Positions 57,305 through 64,000 of a DNA stretch of 64,000 bases are shown one piece after another. The stretch is from Emiliania huxleyi CCMP1516. Its lineage: Eukaryota. The notes below the pieces were generated by a model. It saw only the letters and a list, made by a program, of their open reading frames with translations, ran no database searches and was not told the DNA's origin. The position numbers were made by a program, and so were the translations under genes. Where the stretch lies: positions 837,081 to 901,080 of the forward strand of contig NW_005201287.1 of the NCBI RefSeq assembly GCF_000372725.1, given 5' to 3'. Position 1 is the first letter of the stretch. Each line of letters begins with the position of its first letter.

Positions 57305-60300
57305 TCAGCGACGCATCAGCTGCTGCCGTAGCAAGTCCGCGGCGCTCCGGTTGGCGTCGCTCGAGCCGCCCTGCCTCGGCCTTGGCGGCGGCCCGCCACT
57401 GCCGCCGCCGTGCTGGTACGGCGGCGGCGCGCCCGGCGGCGGGCGCGGCAAGTGCTGATACGGCGGCGGGTGGTGCTGGTACGGCGGCGGCGCGTGGGAG
57501 GGGTACGGCGGCGGCGCGTGATGCTGGTACGGCGGCGGCGCCTGATGCTGGTACGGGTTGTGTGGCGGCTGCGGGCGCGACATGCCGAGCTGCTGCCGGA
57601 GCAGCGAGGCGGCGCCGCCCACGCCGCCGCCGCCGTACCCGGGGGGCGGCCCGGGCGGCGGCCTGGCGTACGGCTGGTGGCGCCCGTCCGACCGGCCGTG
57701 CCGCACCGGCCCGGGCCCTCCCCCGCCGGCCCCTCCCCCGCCGCGATCGTGCCTGCCGCCCTCGCCGCCGAAGCGGACGTGTGTGTTCTCGCGCCCGCCG
57801 CCGCCGCCGCCGCCGGGGTGCGGCGGGCTGCGGCCGGCGTAGGGGTGCGGAGGAGAGGAGGGGGAGGCGGAGGAGGGGGAGTAGTACCCTGGTGGCGGGC
57901 TCACCGGGCCCGCCGCCAGCCGCGCGTCGCGTACGCACCACGTCTTGGTGCGGTCGTCTACCTCGACCCCACCCGCGAGGAGCTGCGCGCGGATCTGGTC
58001 GGCGGCCTGGAACTCGCGCGCCTGCCGCGCCGCCGCGCGCCGCGCGATCGCATCGAGGACGGCCTGCTCGTCCACCGGCGCCCGGTCGCCCTCGAGGCGG
58101 CGGTAGCCGAGGTCGCGACCCCCACCGCCGTGGCCGCCGAAGCCGCCCTTGCCACCCCCCTTTCCGCCGTAGCCGCCGGGCGGGCCGCGTCCGCGCGCGC
58201 GGACGTAGCGCTTCGACTCGCACGGTGCGTCGCACGCGCCGAGGAGCGGCGAGGGAGGCACGAGGCCCGGCAGCAGCTGCGGCACGTGCTTGGCCGGCGG
58301 CGGCAGGGTGAAGGTTGCTCCGGCGGCGCTCGTGGTGAAGGGGCGCAGCGCCTTTGCGACCTCGATGCCGCAGAAGGGGGGGGGCTCGCACAAGCCGCCC
58401 GGCAGCGGCGCGCCGGGCAGCGGTGTCAGCGTGCCAGCGACCGACGCCGAGTGCTCCGTGCACGACGTGAGGACGAGGGGGGCGGGCGGCGGGCCGTAGG
58501 ACGCCACGAGCGGCGCGCAGAGCGGGTGCGCGTCCGAGAGGAAGAGGACGGGCTCGCCGACCTAACGAGCGAGCGGGCTCGAGAGGTTGGGGAGGAGAGG
58601 CTCGTTAGCCAGAAGCCGGGGCGTGCCCGCGGACCGAGTTGCGGCGGCGCTCGTCCTCGGAGAGCTTGCGCAAGCGCTCTCCCATGGCGTCGACGAGCCG
58701 CGCCTGCTCGAGGAGGAGAGAGGGCGGGTGAGGAGCATCTCGACTAGAGAGTCGCGCATCGCGTCGGCGCGCCGCGCCTCGTCGATGAAGGGTAATCTCG
58801 GGTAATCTCGGGTAATCTCGGGTAATCTCGGGTAATCTCGGGTAATCTCGGGTAATCTCGCGCCTCGTCGATGAAGGGGAGCAGGACGACCGCCTGCCAG
58901 AGGAACTTCTTGCCGTTGAGGTCGAGCGCGAAGTCCTCGGGGTAGAAGTCTGCGATCTCGGAGCCCGGGTCGGTCATCAGCTGCGCGAGCGGCTCCGGCA
59001 GCGCGTGCGCCGAGCGGGGCGGCAGCACGCCCATCAGCTGCTCGAACGGGCGGAAGGGGCGCGCGAGCTCGAAGTCGGCAGGCTGGCCGGGGTCGATGGC
59101 GGCGGCGAGGTCGGCGGCAAAGGGGGCGTAGTGGTACGGGTAGAACCACTTCCACGAGGCGCAGCCGTCGTAGTAGTACCGCATCACCCACTGCAGGCCC
59201 TCCACGTACGCGGCGGCGACCTCCCGCCGGCCCGCGTCGTCGACGCCCGGGAACTTGGCGTCGTAGTACCGGTCCTTCCAGCCGGGCACACCGAGCCGCA
59301 CCTGCGGACAGGCGAGGGCGGCGCGCTCGAGATGGTGAAGGGCCACGGGCGGGAGGGGGGGGCCGGCGGCGTGCAGGCGGGAGGGGGCGAGGGGCGACGA
59401 GGAGAGTGGCGGAGTGGCGACGGCCGCGCCTCGTCCTCCTGCTCGGGCGCCGTGTTCTTCTCCTTGATCAGCTCAGACAGCTCGCGCTTGAAGCGCTCCG
59501 CCGCCGACTCGTTCGCGCCCTCGCCCACCTTGTACAGCCAGATGGCCCGGTCCGGCTCCTCGCCTCGCGTCTCCTCGCGCACGCACAGCTCCTCGCAGTA
59601 CTGGTGCACCTGCCAGCAAGCAATCTCGGGTAATCTCGGGCAATCTCGGGTAACCCTCGCAGTACTGGTGCACCTGCCAGCAAGCAATCTCGGGTAATCT
59701 CGGGCAATCTCGGGTAACCCTCGCAGTACTGGTGCACCTGCCAGCAAGCAATCTCGGGTAATCTCGGGCAATCTCGGGTAACCCTCGCAGTACTGGTGCA
59801 CCTGCCAGCAAGCAATCTCGGGTAATCTCGGGCAATCTCGGGTAACCCTCGCAGTACTGGTGCACCTGCCAGCAAGCAATCTCGGGTAATCTCGGGCAAT
59901 CTCGGGTAACCCTCGCAGTACTGGTGCACCTGCCAGCAAGCAATCTCGGGTAATCTCGGGCAATCTCGGGTAACCCTCGCAGTACTGGTGCACCTGCCAG
60001 CAAGCAATCTCGGGTAATCTCGGGCAATCTCGGGTAACCCTCGCAGTACTGGTGCACCTGCCAGCAAGCAATCTCGGGTAATCTCGGGCAATCTCGGGTA
60101 ATCCTCGCAGTACTGGTGCACCTGCCAGCAAGCAATCTCGGGTAATCTCGGGCAATCTCGGGTAATCCTCGCAGTACTGGTGCACCTGCCAGCAAGCAAT
60201 CTCGGGTAATCTCGGGCAATCTCGGGTAACCCTCGCAGTACTGGTGCACCTGCCAGCAAGCAATCTCGGGTAATCTCGGGCAATCTCGGGTAACCCTCGC

Positions 60301-62121
60301 AGTACGGGTGCACCTGCCAGCAAGCAAGCCCCGTCACGCCCGCTGCAGCCGCACCGCGCCGCGCTCCTCGCGCGGCCGCGCCATCGCGCGCTGGACCGCG
60401 TTGAGTAATCTCGGGCAATCTCGGGCAATCTCGGGCAATCTCGGGTCATCTCGCCATCGCGCGCTGGAACCCGTTGAGCCCCGACGGCATCTTCTTCGCG
60501 GGCGCGCAGTCGGGCGCGGCAGCGAACTCGCGGATCGTCTCGAGCAGCTCGAGCAGCGCGGCGTCGTCGCGGCCAAGGGCGGCGATGCGGGCCGCCGCGC
60601 CGTCCTCGTCGCCCGCCGCGCCGCCGCCGCCCTTGCCGCCGCTGCCGCCGCGCATCAGCATGACGTGCGCCGCCTGGCCCTGGGGCGCGAGGGCGTACTC
60701 GGCGACGCGCTGCATCAGCGCCGCGTGCCTTCCGCCGAGGAAGCGCGAGCGCACCTCCTCCTTCCGGCGGCGGGCCTTGTCCTTGAAGCGCTCCTCGGAC
60801 ACGCGGTGCCGGTCGAGCAGCTCCTGCAGCGAGATGGGATCTCGCGGTGTAATCTCGGGTAATCTCGCGTAATCTCGGTCCGAGCAGCTCGTGGGCACGG
60901 CACGGGGGCGGCGGTCCTTGAAGCGCCCCCGGGAGACGCGCCCCGCCGCGCCGCCGCAGAGAGGGGGCGGGGTGGAGGGGGCGGAGGGGGCGGAGGGGAG
61001 TGGAGGGGGGGGGGGGGGGGCGCCTGCTCGTACGTGCCAAGCTCTGCGCAGAAGCGCTGGCAGCGGGCGAGGTGCGTGGTGCCTCCGTCGCAGATCCACC
61101 CTCCTAGCTGAGGAAGCAGCCCCTTGTACACGTCGCACAGCGTGTCGATCGCGCCGTTGCGGATGTCGAGCGACGGGAGGTGAGGCAGGAAGTCGTTGCC
61201 CACGAAGAAGCAGAGGAAGATGAAGTCGTCGATCAGCCGCTCGAGGCTCCACCCGCCTGTGGACGAGTCTTCGTCTCGGCCATCTCTCGGCCATCTCTCG
61301 GCCATCTCTCGGCCATCTCTCGGCCATCTCTCGGCCATCTCTCGGCCATCTCTCGCCCTCCAGGGTCGAGTAGTCCGGCGCGTCCTTGGCGCCCGGCTCG
61401 AACTCCTTGGCAAGGTACTCGCGCAGCACCGGCACGTGCAGCCACTGGAAGGGGGTTGGCCCGCCTGGGTTAGGAGCCGTGGACGTGTCCTGGACGCGTC
61501 GCGGCCGGCCGGCCGGCGGGGCTCCGCTGTCCACCCTTCGGGGGCCCTGCAGGCTCGGCGTTCGCCGCCGCCTCGCCGCCCTTGACCTCCGCCTCGGCGG
61601 CCTTCTCGAGCTCCGCAGTCACCCGCTCAGTGAGGGACTGGTGCTGCTGGGCGGGCTTGCCTAGTACAATATATCATAAGATTAACATGGTATGGTGAGG
61701 GACTGGTGCTGCTGGACGGGCTTGCCTACTCCGAACGGGTCGGGGTACTTCACACTCGAGCGCTTCACTGCTCGGGAGGTGCTGCTGGGGCGGGATGGCC
61801 GACGAACTCGCGCAGGATGGAGAAGTGGGGCTCGTGCGTCGCGAGCGAGAGCATGATCAGGTCGGCGTCGAGGCCTGTGGGCGTGTGTTGCACGCGTCAT
61901 GGACGCGCAGCGGGCCACGGAGCAGTCGGCGAGCGTCGCTGGCCGTGCAGCGCGTGGCGTGTGTTTGGGTCGTAGTCGGGCGAGAGGCGCTGCTGGCGGA
62001 TGTACTCCATGATCTTGTGCTCGCCTGCCGTCGCGGCGGGGAGGCGGGCGAGGCACGCTTCAGCGCCGCCGCCGCCGGAAGGGCTCTTCGGGCGAGAGAG
62101 GGAGGGGGGAGAGGCGGTCTC

Positions 62122-62158
<37 letters not shown>

Positions 62159-62790
62159 GGGGAGGCTTGTCGCTCGCCTTCGCCCGGCACCGATCCGTCC
62201 GAGAGGACGACCTTGATGCCGCGCCAGCCGGGGTCCGTGCTCAGCTTGAGGTGGATGAAGGCGCGCAGGTGCTGCGCCAGCCGGTCCATGAAGGGCGTGC
62301 CCGGAGTGATGACGTTCGAGTCAAAGGCGCGCCCCTCCTTGCGGGCCGGCACCTCGCGCCCCTCCGCCTCCCACTCGCCCCGCAGCCGCTCCTCCTCCGC
62401 CTCCTTCTCCGCCGCCTCCTGCGCCGAGCGAAAGCGCCGCGCGCGCTGCTGGTTCATCTTGGCGCGCGGCGCCACACCGTCGATCGCCATGAAGAGCAGC
62501 TTGCGCGGCCGCGCGGCGGCAAAGACGCGCTCGAGGTAGTCGGTGACGGCGAGGTTCATGTCGTCCTCCGTCTCGGGCGGCGGCCGGTTCTCCGGGTGCG
62601 ACGCCGGGTGGATGATGCCATTCATGTCGAGGAACAGGTTGTCGAACTCCACTCCGTTCGGGTTCGCGCGGCTCGTGTCGACAGGCACCTTCTCGCCGGC
62701 CTCGTTCCAGGTGGGGCGGTCCTCGATGCAGTCGCTGACAACCTTGGGATACTTGGTCACGAGCCACTTGTAGAATGCGGGGACGCCCAT
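57305..62790 (-). CDS. XRN2: 5'-3' exoribonuclease 2 (XRN2/Rat1), many GC-AG satellite introns
   Basis: MGVPAFYKW...[123 protein letters not shown]. Confidence 0.96.
59591..60326. repeat. 64-bp tandem array in an XRN2 intron (12 copies of acceptor + exon start)
   Basis: CCTCGCAGTACTGGTGCACCTGCCAGCAAGC + AATCTCGGG decamers recurs at an exact 64-bp period from 59591 to 60295. Confidence 0.97.
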
Positions 62791-62900
62791 CTTTTCTGAC
62801 ACGGGCGCAGTGCTCCCACAGCGAGGCGAACTGCCGCGACGAGTGCCGCGGCCTCCTGTGAGAAGAGAAATCGCGGCTAACGGCCTTCCAAAATCTGCTG

Positions 62901-63683
62901 GTGCAGGTGTCGGCCCTAAAAAGAAAAACTCACGGCGCGTCGGATGGCGGCCGCGGCGGCACACGCCACCGCCTCCGTACTCCAATTTTCGTGTTCGTGC
63001 GTAGCATCACCTGCGCTGCACATGCACGGCGCGTGCTCGGCCTCGGCGACGCTGGACTTGACGCTTCTGTGATCAAGCAGGCGTGGCGACGGAGCGCTCT
63101 CGCGACCCACCCCGACCGTGGAGGCACCGCGGCCCAGTTCCGTGAGGTCAACCTGGCGTACGAGCTGCTGCGGCAGCACGCCTCGTCGGCCGGCGGCTGC
63201 GGCGGGGCGGCAGCAGGCCGGGCCCACGCCGCGCCCGGAGGCGCCGAGTGGGACGAGGAGGCGTTTCGGGAGTGGCATCGGCGGGCGATGGAGGAGGAGG
63301 AGGCCGAGGAGCGGCGGCGCTGGCAGGAAGAGGTGGACTCGATTCCTCGCTTCTTTACCTGGCGGCTCGGCTTGCGCATCCTCGTCGGCGCTCTGCTCTT
63401 CCGCGGCCTCGTCGTGGCGGCGTGGATACACCTACCGAACGAGAACCACGAGGCGAGCCCGCCCTCTCGCCCGCACCACCTGCGCTCTCCCCGTTCACAG
63501 CCAAGCTTGCTCGCCCAGGCCAACGCCCCGTACACCCGTCTGATGACGGCGCTGGAGGAGCACCCTGACAATCGGACAGCGGTGCTCGAGGGGCGCATCA
63601 AGGCTCGGCGTAGCTTAGCGACGGCTGAAGGCCGGCCAGGAGCCGAGGTTGGCCAGACTCGGGGCAACGGGGCGCCTGGGTGA
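62901..63683 (+). CDS. DnaJ (J-domain) protein with a TM segment; start uncertain
   Basis: ARRVLGL...IKQAWRRSALATHPDRGGTAAQFREVNLAYELL (HPD motif). Confidence 0.85.
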   Translation: MQVSALKRKTHGASDGGRGGTRHRLRTPIFVFVRSITCAAHARRVLGLGDAGLDASVIKQAWRRSALATHPDRGGTAAQFREVNLAYELLRQHASSAGGCGGAAAGRAHAAPGGAEWDEEAFREWHRRAMEEEEAEERRRWQEEVDSIPRFFTWRLGLRILVGALLFRGLVVAAWIHLPNENHEASPPSRPHHLRSPRSQPSLLAQANAPYTRLMTALEEHPDNRTAVLEGRIKARRSLATAEGRPGAEVGQTRGNGAPG

Positions 63684-63952
63684 CTCGGTGGGCAATCAGG
63701 TCACAATTGTGCGTGTACGCGTGTGGGGACTGGGCTCTGTTTTTGGGGGGCACGGTAGGGGTGTCGCGTGTCGGTTTGTGAGAGTCTTCTTGTCGGTTTG
63801 TCGAAAGTCGAAAGATTGTGTGCATCGTGGAGACTCGCCCTCAGACCGTGTGTGTGTGCACTCTCGTGTGGCTGTGACTTGTGTGGGAAGTAGCACTGCA
63901 CAGCGAAAACCGAAATAAAGAGAACGTGTCATGCGCGGGGACACGCGGCTTA

Positions 63953-64000
63953 GGGGACCCCTAGGCTTAAAAGGGTGGGCCCTGGGGCGCCTGCGGCTTA
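63953..64000. mobile_element. Left end of a second copy of the 45464-45973 MITE
   Basis: TTAGGGGACCCCTAGGCTTAAAAGGGTGGGCCCTGGGGCGCCTGCGGCTTA is identical to 45461-45511. Confidence 0.9.

Noticed and set aside
59591..60326. CRISPR-like regular array
   Set aside because: Units are near-identical with no unique spacers, there are no cas genes, and it lies in a eukaryotic intron.
59184..61040. Long ORFs with [10 protein letters not shown] repeats
   Set aside because: Read-through of intronic decamer arrays.
267..64000. Most overlapping Arg/Pro/Ala-rich ORFs in the track
   Set aside because: Shadow ORFs expected from very high GC content; they lack family motifs.

Overview
GC-rich, intron-containing eukaryotic nuclear DNA with two 100-N scaffold gaps. 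Frequent GC-AG introns, 10-11 bp intronic satellites and a bipartite plastid-targeting peptide on ribosomal protein L12 point to a haptophyte, most likely Emiliania (Gephyrocapsa) huxleyi; this is inference. About 22 protein-coding loci are visible. Recognisable products include SMG8, SF3B6/p14, XRN2, plastid L7/L12, a POT/PTR transporter, a tandem-HIT protein, a C45 Ntn-hydrolase, JmjC and 2OG-Fe(II) oxygenase domains, F-box/RCC1, EamA, GH5, a methyltransferase, LON-N-like, SDR-like and DnaJ proteins. There is also a four-level nested transposon stack (35035-38482), a MITE family, an AT-rich satellite and a dispersed repeat that often sits just upstream of genes. The most striking unexplained pattern is intron architecture. 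Many introns carry a near-perfect duplicate of their own splice junction plus adjacent exon sequence, separated by a 10-11-mer satellite or AT-rich filler. In XRN2 this has grown into a 12-copy array of acceptor + 19-nt exon start. Two gene blocks are also bracketed by inverted duplications of gene 5' ends, as expected from staggered-break micro-inversions. Exon boundaries were read by eye and are approximate unless stated.
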